Program-made: the position numbers and the translations under genes
Source of the DNA: an uncultured Ectothiorhodospiraceae bacterium
GTDB taxonomy: Bacteria; Pseudomonadota; Gammaproteobacteria; UBA9214
Assembly: GCA_947258845.1 (NCBI GenBank)
Contig: CAMYJZ010000001.1
Span: 226 to 64,225, forward strand
Direction of reading: 5' to 3'
Length of the DNA: 64,000 nt
The notes under the pieces: model-generated
What the model saw: the letters and a program-made list of their open reading frames with translations, nothing else
Told to the model about the DNA's origin: nothing
Database searches by the model: none
Shown here: piece by piece, positions 53,364 to 63,466 of the stretch
Numbering within the stretch: the first letter of the stretch is position 1
Layout of the letters: each line of letters starts with the position of its first letter

Positions 53364-53783
53364 ATGCTGAAGATATCCACACACGTCTCTATTCCCGCCA
53401 GCGAGATCGGGATCAGCGCCATTCGTGCGCAGGGTGCCGGGGGTCAGAATGTCAACAAGGTATCCAGTGCCGTGCACCTGCGCTTCGATATCGGTGCCTC
53501 ATCACTGCCCGCATTTTACAAGGAACGTCTGCTGAAACTGAACGACCGGCGCATCAGCAAGGAAGGCGTCATCATTATCAAGGCGCAGCGTTACCGGACT
53601 CTGGAAAAGAACCGGGAAGAGGCCCTGGAACGGCTGCAGGCGCTGGTCAGGGGCGTGGCCGTCACCCCCAGGAAACGCCGGCCGACCCAGCCGACCCGCA
53701 CGTCACGCGAACGGCGCCTCAACGATAAAACCCGGCGCGGCAGGGACAAGCTGTTGCGACGCAAGCTGACGCGCGAGGAGTAG
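53364..53783 (+). CDS. arfB: alternative ribosome-rescue factor ArfB (peptidyl-tRNA hydrolase, GGQ family)
   Basis: [20 protein letters not shown] and basic C-terminal tail. Confidence 0.85.
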   Translation: MLKISTHVSIPASEIGISAIRAQGAGGQNVNKVSSAVHLRFDIGASSLPAFYKERLLKLNDRRISKEGVIIIKAQRYRTLEKNREEALERLQALVRGVAVTPRKRRPTQPTRTSRERRLNDKTRRGRDKLLRRKLTREE

Positions 53784-53867
53784 GCATCCGTTTGCCGGCT
53801 GTCCGTTATTGATCCCGGGGACAATTCTTGTAAGCTTGCAGGGAGACAGCCGCCGCGGAGCACCCCT

Positions 53868-54263
53868 ATGCCTGACAGCAAGATCCGAAAAGACGGTGCC
53901 AAACTGGATCGCGTCGTTGCCGAGGCGCGGCGCAACCGGGATCAGCGCGAACAGGGCTACCGGGAGCAGGCACTCAAGCTCTACCCGTGGATCTGCGGGC
54001 GTTGCAGCCGTGAATTCACCCGTGCCAACCTGCATGAACTCACGGTCCATCACCGCGACCACAATCATGATAACAATCCCGCGGACGGCAGCAACTGGGA
54101 GTTGCTGTGCCTGTACTGCCATGACAACGAACATGCACGCTACCTGGACCAGGTCACCGGTGGAGAAGACCGCACGGCTGACAGCAAGGAGCCGGAAGCC
54201 ACGCATAACCCGTTTGCCGATCTCAAGGGGCTTCTGGGCGGGAAACAGCGACCGGATGATTGA
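53868..54263 (+). CDS. yajD: HNH nuclease family protein YajD
   Basis: Near-identical blocks to E. coli YajD: GYREQALKLYPWICGRCSREF...ELTVHHRDHNHDNNPADGSNWELLCLYCHDNEHA...NPFADLK. Confidence 0.8.
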   Translation: MPDSKIRKDGAKLDRVVAEARRNRDQREQGYREQALKLYPWICGRCSREFTRANLHELTVHHRDHNHDNNPADGSNWELLCLYCHDNEHARYLDQVTGGEDRTADSKEPEATHNPFADLKGLLGGKQRPDD

Positions 54264-54431
54264 AACGCACCCGGGTAGTCAGTCGCGGTGTCGGCCGTGA
54301 CATTGATTCCAATCCGGAAACCCTGCGCACATCAGCACTGAGCCGGCGTCAAGGGATGCACTGCCGCGCGCGGCCGCCTGCACGAGGTGGTACCTGTCGG
54401 GGTATGAAAAATAACGCCGGCTGATCTGGCC

Positions 54432-54461
54432 AAAAAAACCCGTCATACTGGACGGGGTTTT
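54432..54461. terminator. bidirectional rho-independent terminator (A-run, CCCGTC hairpin, T-run) between convergent yajD and the 54488..54937 gene
   Basis: caAAAAAAACCCGTCatactgGACGGGgTTTTcag. Confidence 0.6.
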
Positions 54462-54487
54462 CAGTACTGCTGCAGAGTTTGAGACGA

Positions 54488-54937
54488 TCAGTCCAGTTGT
54501 GCCACCGTACTGGCCAGGTTACGTGATGCCGCCAGGTCACGCGTCAGTTCGTCGATATCGTCAGTGACAGACGCCAGCCTGTTTTTGGCAAGCGTGTGCT
54601 CGCGTTTCCTGTAACCCGCATAGAGCAGGCCGCCCGGCATGATGACCGTAATGACGGCATCGCCCGTATCCAGCCGGGTCTTCTCGACCGCTTGGGTGAG
54701 TTGTTGCTGGTGCTGGATGAGTTCGGTACGCAGTTGCTCGATGCGTTCGACCAGCAGTTGCGAATCGATCGCGGGCACCTGGGCGATGAATCCGTTGCCT
54801 TCAACTGTCTCCACCCAGATGAGTTGTTCCTGGATTGTGCCGTGGTCGCCGGCCTGGTCGGCCAGCACGCTGTGGGTAGTGAACGCGTTGACCAGCAGGG
54901 TACAGAGTATGACCAGGTGGTATTGTGATTTGCGCAT
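54488..54937 (-). CDS. secreted hypothetical protein (149 aa)
   Basis: Signal peptide MRKSQYHLVILCTLLVNAFTTHSVLA; preceded by the AT-rich promoter region. Confidence 0.55.
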   Translation of the reverse strand: MRKSQYHLVILCTLLVNAFTTHSVLADQAGDHGTIQEQLIWVETVEGNGFIAQVPAIDSQLLVERIEQLRTELIQHQQQLTQAVEKTRLDTGDAVITVIMPGGLLYAGYRKREHTLAKNRLASVTDDIDELTRDLAASRNLASTVAQLD

Positions 54938-55291
54938 CGATTGCCCCTCTCAAGTGTGTTGTTGCCGGTGAGCCGTTGAATGTGTGGCCAGCCGAATAGC
55001 GCAAGATATTAGCAGAACTAATGAAGAAACAAACATAGAGATTATGAATAGAGCGATTAATTATACGCTTGAATAATAGTATAAAAGTGAATCTTAATTA
55101 TTATGATTCGATTTCTTGTTTATTGTTTTTGTTTTTTATCATCTGAATTACCATGTTACAAAACAGGCATGGCAAAAGTAAACTGTATGACTGTTATTAT
55201 TTGTATTTATCGCAGCCAGCGATTTATTTTACTGATGGTTGGGGATACCGCGGTTGTTTGATAAAAACGACTTTTATTAGAAGTTAATGGA

Positions 55292-56401
55292 CTACTGTCG
55301 GGCACCCATGGCAAGCGCGCGGCGTCTGCTTGCTTCGGCCTCGAGACTGGCGGTATCTGCATTCCAGGTATCGATGCCCGGCCAGGCACTGACGTTTTGC
55401 ATTACGATGTCCGAGAGCGCACTGATGTGTTCCGGAGCGTCATTGAGTGCGGGGATGTAGCGGTAATCACCGCCACCGGCCTGCTCAAAGACCCGCTTGT
55501 TCTGCAGGGCCATTTCTTCCAGGGTTTCCAGGCAGTCGGCGGAAAACCCGGGGCAAACCACGTCAACGCTCTTCAGGCCCTGTTTGCCCAGCTGTTCAAG
55601 GGTTTCGTTGGCATAGGGGCGCAACCATTCCTCGCGGCCGAAGAGTGACTGGAAGGCCACAATCCAGGCGCTGTCATCAAGCCCGAGCTGTTCGGCAACC
55701 AGGCGTGCGGTCTTCTGGCACTGGCAGTGGTAGGGGTCGCCCGCCAACAGGGTGCGCCTGGGCATGCCGTGAAATGAAAACAGCAGTCGCTCGGGCTGTC
55801 CGTGCCTGTCCCAGAACTGTCGAATACTGCTGGACAGGGCGCCTATGTAGCCCGGCTGGTCATGGTACTGGGCGATAAAACGCAGGTCCGGCACCTGGCG
55901 CCATTGTTGCAGCGTCATTGCCACGGCATCCAGGGTGGAGGCGGTTGTTGCGGCCGAATGCTGCGGATATAGCGGAAATACCAGGATGCGCCGGGCATTG
56001 GCTGCGCACAGTTCCTCCAGTGCCGAGGCGATGGAGGGGTTGCCGTAGCGCATGCCCAGGGCGACCTTCACGGGTCCCTTGATGCGTGTCTCCAGTGATT
56101 TTTCCAGGGCATCGCGTTGACGTTTTGAGTAGGCCATCAACGGCGATCCGTCATCACTCCAGATTTGTGTGTAGGCATGGGCGGACTTGCGGGGTCGCGT
56201 GGTCAGGACAAGGGCATGCAGAATGAGCCACCAGACGGGTCGTGGTATCTCGACCACGCGCGGATCCCAGAGAAATTCCTTCAGATAGCGCCGTACTGCC
56301 GCGGGCGTGGGTTCGTCAGGTGTGCCCAGGTTAGTGATGAGGATCCCGGTGGTCGGGATGGAGTCGTGTGAGTAGTCGGAAGGTCCCTTGTGCATGCCCA
56401 T
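55292..56401 (-). CDS. hemH: ferrochelatase
   Basis: ...GILITNLGTPDEPT...VRRYLKEFLWDPRVVE... and ...LFSFHGMP... align with HemH. Start trimmed to MGMHKG. Confidence 0.9.
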   Translation of the reverse strand: MGMHKGPSDYSHDSIPTTGILITNLGTPDEPTPAAVRRYLKEFLWDPRVVEIPRPVWWLILHALVLTTRPRKSAHAYTQIWSDDGSPLMAYSKRQRDALEKSLETRIKGPVKVALGMRYGNPSIASALEELCAANARRILVFPLYPQHSAATTASTLDAVAMTLQQWRQVPDLRFIAQYHDQPGYIGALSSSIRQFWDRHGQPERLLFSFHGMPRRTLLAGDPYHCQCQKTARLVAEQLGLDDSAWIVAFQSLFGREEWLRPYANETLEQLGKQGLKSVDVVCPGFSADCLETLEEMALQNKRVFEQAGGGDYRYIPALNDAPEHISALSDIVMQNVSAWPGIDTWNADTASLEAEASRRRALAMGARQ

Positions 56402-56530
56402 GGTGTAAGTCGCCTGTTGACGATTTGTATGAATTGGAGTTTCAGCGAGTATACCCGTGGTCACGGCTACCGAATAGCCTGCGCCGGGAACGGGATGACC
56501 GCGCCACGGTTGCGGCCGCGGCACCGGAAA

Positions 56531-56725
56531 TCATGAATGATAGATGCTGTTGCTGCTTTTCAGGTAGAAGTCGTCGATCGAGATGTACTCGACTGAGATA
56601 TTATTCAGGCGCCGATCCGGGATCCGGCGTTGATCGGCATTAAAAATCTTGCCCATCCTAACCCTGTCAACAGGGGCTGACTCCGCGGCGAGATTGCGTC
56701 GTTCTATTCTTCTGCGTTCTCTCAT
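56531..56725 (-). CDS. small Arg-rich hypothetical protein (about 64 aa), speculative
   Basis: Track ORF 56531..56788 trimmed to an internal ATG (MRERRRIERR...); lower-GC intergenic zone upstream of hemH. Confidence 0.2.
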   Translation of the reverse strand: MRERRRIERRNLAAESAPVDRVRMGKIFNADQRRIPDRRLNNISVEYISIDDFYLKSSNSIYHS

Positions 56726-56992
56726 GTCGGCAGCTTCCTTAAACGCCGTCTGCCAGCATACCTGCACCGTGTACTGGAAACGGCCCATACCCCAAGCATA
56801 GTCCCGCCGGGTGATACTGCTGATGGCATTACTTGATCTGCATCAAGTAAACCGGCATTTTGACACCCCGCCTTCGTGTTTTGCCGGGTTGTGGCGCCTG
56901 CAGGAAGCTTGTCCCGGGCCGGGTATGCTATGAAGGGTGAAAATGGGTCTGTGGCCGTAATACGCCCGACCGGTCCGGAATGGCTGATGGAT

Positions 56993-59059
56993 ATGAGAAA
57001 ACACCTGATGTGGTTGCCTGCCGTGATGGCCCTGGTCTCGGTACTCACTCTGGCGGCATGTGCCGCACGACCCGCCGTGGAGGCAGGCTCGCAGGGCAGC
57101 GTCACGACACTCCCTGTCGCCAGCGACACCCTTGAGGCTGCGCCCCGGGTAATGGCGGCATTTCTAGACCGGGACAGGCGTGCCGTTTTTGTGCAAATGC
57201 GCTACGGAACCGGGCATGCCGTAGCGACAATCCCGTCCGTGACGCATGATCTCATGGCCGGGGCCGGAAACAGCGGCACAACCGCCAGACTTGATGTACT
57301 GGCGGCTGCGCAGTTCGAAGCGCTACACGCGGATGCCGTGGCAGTCGATGTGCATGGACCGCGGGCCTGGCAGGCCCTGCTCAGGGCATCACTGGAACAG
57401 CTTGCGCCGGTGGAGTACGGCCGCGGTGCCATGGTCGATATCCTGCACCAGCACGAACTGTTCCTGTACCGCGATGCGGCGGGTGCGGTGCACGCCGTAC
57501 CGGGTGTCTACAAGCCTGCCGACATCCAGCTGGCGAAGAGTCACGATTTCATGCAGTTGCTGGCCGTCATGGTCCAACAGCAATCGGTGCGCTTCGGTAC
57601 CGACAGCCGCCTGCTGTTCGAGACCGGTGATGACAGCGACTATGGTTATCCGTTCGTCTTTGCCGATGCCACCAGCGGCAGGATGGTCTTCCTGCAGCAC
57701 TCACCAGCGGGGAGCGGGGTGGGGCAGGGGCTGCCATTCGGCACCGCGGTCGGGCTGTTCACGCGCACCGTTATGGACCATGTGCGTATCGCCCTCAATC
57801 AGCCGGTGTCGTCGGTGGCGCGCCTGTTTACCATGGCTGTCAGCTCGACGGTGGACCTGGCGCAACCCCATAGCCTCATGCTGCCCGGACAGCAGCCGGT
57901 CCCTCCGCTCTACGAGGGGCCCGGCATGGACCTGGCGGCGTGGGAACAGTCGCTGGACACCCTTACCGGCAGCAGGCAGTCGGCCGGCCGGGTGAATTAC
58001 CGGGTGGATGGTTCCGGTTTCTTCCCGCGGCTGATCGACCTGCTCAGTGCGGCACGCGAGTCCGTCCACCTGCGCGTCTACATCTTCGACAATGACGACT
58101 ACGCACTGCAGATCGCGGACCTGCTCAAGCGCCGCTCGGCCGACATCAAGGTAAAGGTCCTGGTCGACGGGCTCGGCACCCTGGGGGCCGGCCAGGTCCA
58201 GTCGGCGTCATTGCCCCCGGATTACCGACCGCCGCTCTCGATGATGAACTATCTGCAGGCGGATTCCGGTGTCAGGGTGCGCGTGCTGTCGAACCCGTGG
58301 CTTGCCGGCGATCACACCAAGGCCATTGTGATCGACGGCACCGTCGCCTACCTCGGCGGGATGAACATCGGTCGCGAATACCGCTACGACTGGCATGACA
58401 TGATGGTGGAGATCAGCGGGCCGGTGGTGGCGCAAATCGTTGAGGATTTTCACCGCGCCTGGGCCCGGGCCGGTTTGCTGGGCGATCTTCAGGGACTGTT
58501 TCACCGAGGCCGGGATGAACCGGGGCAGGCCTCGGCCGATGATTACCCGCTGCGCCTGCTTTATACGCGCCCCGGTAATTCGCAGATCCTGCGTGCCCAG
58601 ATCGCCGCTATCCGCACGGCCCGCCAGCGCATTTACCTGGAGAACCCGTACCTCACCAGCGATGCGGTGCTTTACGAACTCATCCAGGCGCGCCGCCGCG
58701 GCGTGGATGTCCGGGTGATCATGCCCTACCGGAGTGACAGCGGGGTGATCACCAAGAGCAACGCGCTGGCAGCCAATACCCTGCTGAATAACGGCGTGCG
58801 TGTTTTCATCTACCCGGGCATGTCGCACCTGAAGGCCGCTGTGTATGATGGCTGGGCCTGCGTCGGTTCGGCCAATTTCGACAACCTGAGTCTGCGCGTG
58901 AACCGCGAAATGAACCTGGCGACATCCCATGAGCCGGCGGTAACGGCGCTGGTGGAGCAGGTTTTCCTGCCCGACTTCGAACGCTCGCTGGAACTGACAG
59001 AAGCGCTGCCGAATGAGTGGTCCCGGTATCTGGCCGAGTTGCTGGCCGACATGCTCTAG
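56993..59059 (+). CDS. phospholipase D / cardiolipin synthase-family lipoprotein with large N-terminal uncharacterised domain
   Basis: Lipobox LTLAAC; two HKD motifs (HTKAIVIDGTVAYLGGMNI; HLKAAVYDGWACVGSANFD). Confidence 0.8.
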   Translation: MRKHLMWLPAVMALVSVLTLAACAARPAVEAGSQGSVTTLPVASDTLEAAPRVMAAFLDRDRRAVFVQMRYGTGHAVATIPSVTHDLMAGAGNSGTTARLDVLAAAQFEALHADAVAVDVHGPRAWQALLRASLEQLAPVEYGRGAMVDILHQHELFLYRDAAGAVHAVPGVYKPADIQLAKSHDFMQLLAVMVQQQSVRFGTDSRLLFETGDDSDYGYPFVFADATSGRMVFLQHSPAGSGVGQGLPFGTAVGLFTRTVMDHVRIALNQPVSSVARLFTMAVSSTVDLAQPHSLMLPGQQPVPPLYEGPGMDLAAWEQSLDTLTGSRQSAGRVNYRVDGSGFFPRLIDLLSAARESVHLRVYIFDNDDYALQIADLLKRRSADIKVKVLVDGLGTLGAGQVQSASLPPDYRPPLSMMNYLQADSGVRVRVLSNPWLAGDHTKAIVIDGTVAYLGGMNIGREYRYDWHDMMVEISGPVVAQIVEDFHRAWARAGLLGDLQGLFHRGRDEPGQASADDYPLRLLYTRPGNSQILRAQIAAIRTARQRIYLENPYLTSDAVLYELIQARRRGVDVRVIMPYRSDSGVITKSNALAANTLLNNGVRVFIYPGMSHLKAAVYDGWACVGSANFDNLSLRVNREMNLATSHEPAVTALVEQVFLPDFERSLELTEALPNEWSRYLAELLADML

Positions 59060-59292
59060 TCAGGGTGCGCTATAGCAATGTAGCCCGGGTGCAGGCCGCC
59101 TGGCCGGAATCCGGGACAGCAGGGACGTCACATTTTCCGGATCCCGTTGTCATCCATCCGGTCAACTACCGCCGTGCCCGGGTGCCTTGCACGCACCGTT
59201 CGGGTCACAGTGAATCAGGATTACGCGGTTATCAACGATGCGCCGAGTGCACCCTGCCCATCTGCCGTGTCCGCGGGGATGCTCCGGTACGC

Positions 59293-59799
59293 TCAGGTCC
59301 CGGGTTTGCTGTACTCCACCCCGATGACGGTATAGCAGATCTTCCCGTTGGGTGTTTCCACCCGGACCTCGTCTTCCAGGGTCTTTTTCATCAGGGCACC
59401 TGCCATCGGCGAGTCCATGCTGATCCAGCCCTTCACGGGGTCGAACTCGTCGGCCCCGACGATACGATAAACCACCTCCACGCCGTCCTCGTCTTCCAGG
59501 GTGACCCAGGCGCCGAAATAGACCCGTGAGGGATCGGACGGCGGCGCGGATACCACCGTCAGGTCCGGGACGCGTTTCTGCAGGTAACGGATGCGCCGGT
59601 CGATCTCGCGCAGTTCCTTTTTGCGGTAGATATACTCGGCATTCTCCGAACGGTCGCCTTCCGCCGCCGCGGCCGTGAGCGCCCGGGTCACCTGGTCACG
59701 GCGCCTCCAGATGGCCTTGAGTTCATCCTGCAGGGCCCGGTAACCCTCCAGGGTGATATAGGGTGAGGACTTCGGGGCAGGCGGGCGGTAACGTCCCAT
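59293..59799 (-). CDS. greB: transcription elongation factor GreB
   Basis: GDRSENAEYIYRKKELREIDRRIRYL, FGAWV, ISMDSPMAGALMKK match GreB rather than GreA. Start trimmed to MGRYRPP. Confidence 0.85.
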   Translation of the reverse strand: MGRYRPPAPKSSPYITLEGYRALQDELKAIWRRRDQVTRALTAAAAEGDRSENAEYIYRKKELREIDRRIRYLQKRVPDLTVVSAPPSDPSRVYFGAWVTLEDEDGVEVVYRIVGADEFDPVKGWISMDSPMAGALMKKTLEDEVRVETPNGKICYTVIGVEYSKPGT

Positions 59800-59812
59800 G
59801 GGGGGCGGTTGT

Positions 59813-60037
59813 TCAGTCGAGTGCGGGTCCGAGAATAAACTCCACCGGTTCGAAGCCGTGATCCTCCAGCAAAGGTGCAATGTCGTCCCAGTCGTAGTCC
59901 GGATTATCCTCCTCGACCTGCGCGATCAGCCCCGTCACATGGCGGTAGACCTCGTGCTGCTCGAAGTCATCGGGCACCCGGACCAGGCGGATGGCGCTGG
60001 AATCCCTGGCAGGTAATATCATGAGGATTTCACTCAT
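59813..60037 (-). CDS. small acidic hypothetical protein (74 aa) immediately upstream of greB
   Basis: High GC3; stop lies 13 bp before the greB start. Confidence 0.4.
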   Translation of the reverse strand: MSEILMILPARDSSAIRLVRVPDDFEQHEVYRHVTGLIAQVEEDNPDYDWDDIAPLLEDHGFEPVEFILGPALD

Positions 60038-60360
60038 AGAGTTCTCCAGATTGCAGAAAGACGATCATTCGAACAGGTGTCATATTAGTGCAGGATACCC
60101 AGGCATGGCAGTAATGATGTCAGGCAGTTGTCGCCGGCCTTCTGGGCTGCATCCGCCTGATGTTTGCCGACTTTGTAACCGGGATATGGCGCTGTTAGCA
60201 AGGGTCCCTGGCTGGTGCTATCTTAAACTATAGGACGTGTGATAAACACTAAATGGATGCGTCATAAACACAAATGATTTTCAGTGGTGACAACTCGTTG
60301 TGGCAGGTATTGTTTGTTTCTTCCAGAGGCTGCAGTAAACCCCGCCATGCCTTGAGGTTT

Positions 60361-61278
60361 ATGGATGCCGCGCACACCGTCTGCGCAGTGCAGGTACTGT
60401 TATTGCTGTTTGCCGGGCTTTCTGCCCCCGGTGAGTTGATGGCCAACTCGAAGCTGGTCGAGCAGGGCAGGTATCTTTTCCAGGCGGCCGGATGTCTTTC
60501 GTGCCACCGCGATGACCGGACCCTGGCGGGGGGGCGGCCACTAGTCACGCCGTTTGGCACTTTCTATCCTCCCAATATTACACCGCACCGTGAATCGGGG
60601 ATCGGTCGCTGGTCTGAGGAGGACCTGGTTCGTGCCTTGCGCATGGGTCTTGATCCTGCCGGCCGGCATTACTATCCGGCCTTCCCGTATCCCTCCTATA
60701 CCCGGATGACGCAGCGGGACATGCACGCCCTGTATGCCTACCTGATGACCTGGCCGGAATCCTCCCGGCCGAGTCGACCCCATGCGATATCCTGGCCGTT
60801 TTCCTCGCGGTCCCTGATCAGCCACTGGAAGCAGGGCCGCTTCACGCCGGGGGCGGCCGTTGTCAACCCGGAAAGGTCTACGCAATGGAACCGGGGCGCC
60901 TACCTGGCCACGGCGCTTGGACACTGCACTGAATGCCACACCCCGCGTGGCTTCCTGGGTACACCGGACAACACGCGTTTCATGGCCGGCACCTGTTCCG
61001 GACCGGAAGAGCTGAGGGTGCCCAACATCACCTCGGATGACGATACCGGTATCGGGCGCTGGTCGTTCGAGGAACTGGAAACCTTCCTGGCCACCGGTGA
61101 GCGCCCCGATGGTTGCTACACGAGCGGGCTGATGATGGAGGTGCTGGGCACCAGCTGCATGGGCCTGACAGACAATGACCGGCGGGCACTGGCCGTCTAC
61201 CTGGCCTCCCTGCCGCCGATACACCACAACCTGGATTACCTGTGCGCAACGTTTGAGGATGACGAATTTCTCGAATAG
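60361..61278 (+). CDS. diheme c-type cytochrome
   Basis: Signal peptide; two CxxCH motifs (CLSCH, CTECH). Confidence 0.75.
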   Translation: MDAAHTVCAVQVLLLLFAGLSAPGELMANSKLVEQGRYLFQAAGCLSCHRDDRTLAGGRPLVTPFGTFYPPNITPHRESGIGRWSEEDLVRALRMGLDPAGRHYYPAFPYPSYTRMTQRDMHALYAYLMTWPESSRPSRPHAISWPFSSRSLISHWKQGRFTPGAAVVNPERSTQWNRGAYLATALGHCTECHTPRGFLGTPDNTRFMAGTCSGPEELRVPNITSDDDTGIGRWSFEELETFLATGERPDGCYTSGLMMEVLGTSCMGLTDNDRRALAVYLASLPPIHHNLDYLCATFEDDEFLE

Positions 61279-61508
61279 TTGTTCCCGATACGGTCTATAA
61301 TTCCTCTCACAAAAGCCGCCAGACCGGTGTCACTGCGATAGAGAGCAGGGCTTGGAAACCGCTTGCTTTATTGATCTGTCACGTCATTGCGAACCTGGCG
61401 AAGCGATCTCTTGACCGTGCGATCAACGAGTTACAGATTGCCTCGTCGTTTTACCCTCGCAATGGCGAATACTCATGCCTTGCTTTGTACCCGCACCAGG
61501 AGAGAGCC

Positions 61509-62303
61509 ATGTTTCGAGCGATCACGTTTGTTTTGTTGATATTATTCAGTCTGCCGTCCCGTGGCGCCCTGGTCGGCGAGGAAGTGAGCTACCAGGCCGG
61601 TGACGTCGCTCTCAAGGGATATATCGCCTACGATGCTGCCATGGAGGGCCGACGCCCAGGTGTCCTGGTGGTGCATGAATGGTGGGGCCACAATGACTAT
61701 GCCCGCAAGCGTGCCGAGCGGCTTGCCGCGCTGGGTTATACCGCCCTGGCCGTGGACATGTACGGTGACGGCAAGACCGCTGACCATCCCGATGATGCCG
61801 GCAAGTTCGCCGGTGCGATTCGCCAGGACCTGCCCCTGATGCGGGCGCGCTTCGAGGCCGCACGTGAATTTCTCAACCGCCACCCCACGGTGGATCCGGA
61901 GTTGAACGCGGCGATCGGCTACTGTTTCGGTGGCGGGGTGGTGCTGGAGATGGCGCGCCAGGGACTCGATCTGGACGCGGTGGTGAGCTTTCATGGCAGT
62001 CTCGGCGGCGGTTCCCCGGCGGAAGATGGCAAGGTCAGGGCGCGCATCCTGGTCACCAACGGGGCCGATGACCCGTTCGTCAGCGCCGAACAAATCGCGG
62101 CCTTCAAGGCGGAGATGGACGCGGCGGGTGCCGACTACACCTTTATCAACTATCCGGGTGTCAGGCACAGCTTCACCAACCCGGGGGCTGATAAATTCGG
62201 TGAACGCTTCGATTTGCCGCTGGCCTATGATGCGGCTGCCGATGCCGATTCCTGGCAGGCCATGCGGGAGCTTTTCGAAGCGGCCTTCTCGCCGGATCAG
62301 TAA
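61509..62303 (+). CDS. dienelactone hydrolase family protein (secreted)
   Basis: Signal peptide MFRAITFVLLILFSLPSRGA; nucleophile motif GYCFGG; the HGxxD-like region SFHGSLGG. Confidence 0.8.
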   Translation: MFRAITFVLLILFSLPSRGALVGEEVSYQAGDVALKGYIAYDAAMEGRRPGVLVVHEWWGHNDYARKRAERLAALGYTALAVDMYGDGKTADHPDDAGKFAGAIRQDLPLMRARFEAAREFLNRHPTVDPELNAAIGYCFGGGVVLEMARQGLDLDAVVSFHGSLGGGSPAEDGKVRARILVTNGADDPFVSAEQIAAFKAEMDAAGADYTFINYPGVRHSFTNPGADKFGERFDLPLAYDAAADADSWQAMRELFEAAFSPDQ

Positions 62304-62447
62304 CGAATTCCAGTCACCGGTCATGCCATCGTCTGCAATGGTAACGGCCGGCGAGGCCTGATCGGCAGCGCCCTGCTGCCGGGAAAAAAAGCGCTGGCGG
62401 GTCACAGCGTCTTTGCGCATAATGTGGCGCTTTTTCAGGGTGCTCAC

Positions 62448-63368
62448 ATGTGGTTCAGGAACCTTCAGTTGTACCGGCTTGGCCGGGCCTTTGGCCTTTC
62501 GGCGGAATCACTCGACAGGCGCCTGCGTAACCAGGCCTTCCAGGGATGCAGTCGCATGGACCTGGCGGCCAGCGGCTGGGTGCCGCCCCTGGGACGGCAT
62601 GGCGAGCAACTGGTGCATGCCGCCAACGGCTACTTCATGATCTGTTCGCGCAAGGCCGAGAAGATCATTCCCGCAAGCGTCGTCAAGCAGCTGCTGGACG
62701 ACAGGGTGGCGGAGGTGGCGGCCGCCGAGTCCCGCGATGTCTACCGGCGGGAGAAGCAGCGCATGAAAGACGAGATCATGGTCGATTTGCTGCCGCGCGC
62801 GCTGACCCGCCACACCGACCTGTTTGCCTATATCGACACCCGGGCAGGCTACGTGGTGGTGGATACGCCTACCTCGTCGCGTGCCGAGGACCTGATAAGC
62901 AATATCCGCTCGAGCCTGGGGAGTTTCAAGGCCACCCCGGTGCAGGTAAGGAAATCCTGCATGAATACCATGACCGGCTGGCTGAAGGGCGAACGCCTGC
63001 CGCGTGGTCTCGAGCTGGGCGACGAGTGTGAACTCGCGCACACCGATCCGGGCAATGGCGTTGTCAACTGCAAGCACCAGGACCTGTCCACCAGCGAGGT
63101 CCGCAATCACATCAAGGGCGGCAAGTACGCGACCCGGCTCGCCATCCGCTGGAAGGAGCGCCTCTCCTGTGTGCTGCACGATGACCTGTCGATCAGGCGC
63201 CTGCGTTTCGAGGACGTCATCAGGGAGGCGGAGGGCGGCACCGATGACGACGATCCGGCGAGTCGGTTCGATCTCGATTTTTCCCTGATGACCCTGGAAC
63301 TGGCGGACTTTCTGCCACAACTGTTCAAGGCGTTCGGCGGCGAGGAGACCGGGGAACAGGCAGCGTGA
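62448..63368 (+). CDS. rdgC: recombination-associated protein RdgC
   Basis: MWFRNLQLYRL...GWVPPLG... is co-linear with E. coli RdgC. Confidence 0.9.
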   Translation: MWFRNLQLYRLGRAFGLSAESLDRRLRNQAFQGCSRMDLAASGWVPPLGRHGEQLVHAANGYFMICSRKAEKIIPASVVKQLLDDRVAEVAAAESRDVYRREKQRMKDEIMVDLLPRALTRHTDLFAYIDTRAGYVVVDTPTSSRAEDLISNIRSSLGSFKATPVQVRKSCMNTMTGWLKGERLPRGLELGDECELAHTDPGNGVVNCKHQDLSTSEVRNHIKGGKYATRLAIRWKERLSCVLHDDLSIRRLRFEDVIREAEGGTDDDDPASRFDLDFSLMTLELADFLPQLFKAFGGEETGEQAA

Positions 63369-63466
63369 GTGTGCTGCACGCCCTGACATTGCCACGGCCG
63401 GCAGTATTCCGGTTACGGTTGCCTCCCGAAACGTCTACTATAGTGAGGGTAGATAGGGGGTAGACC

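Noticed and set aside
57246-58930. Alternate-frame ORFs within the PLD gene (57246..57995 +, 58208..58930 -)
   Set aside because: They overlap a frame containing a lipobox and two HKD motifs.
60541-63395. Minus-strand ORFs 60541..61227, 61542..62447 and 62508..63395
   Set aside because: Antisense to the diheme cytochrome c (CxxCH x2), dienelactone hydrolase and rdgC, all with clear homolog alignment on the plus strand.
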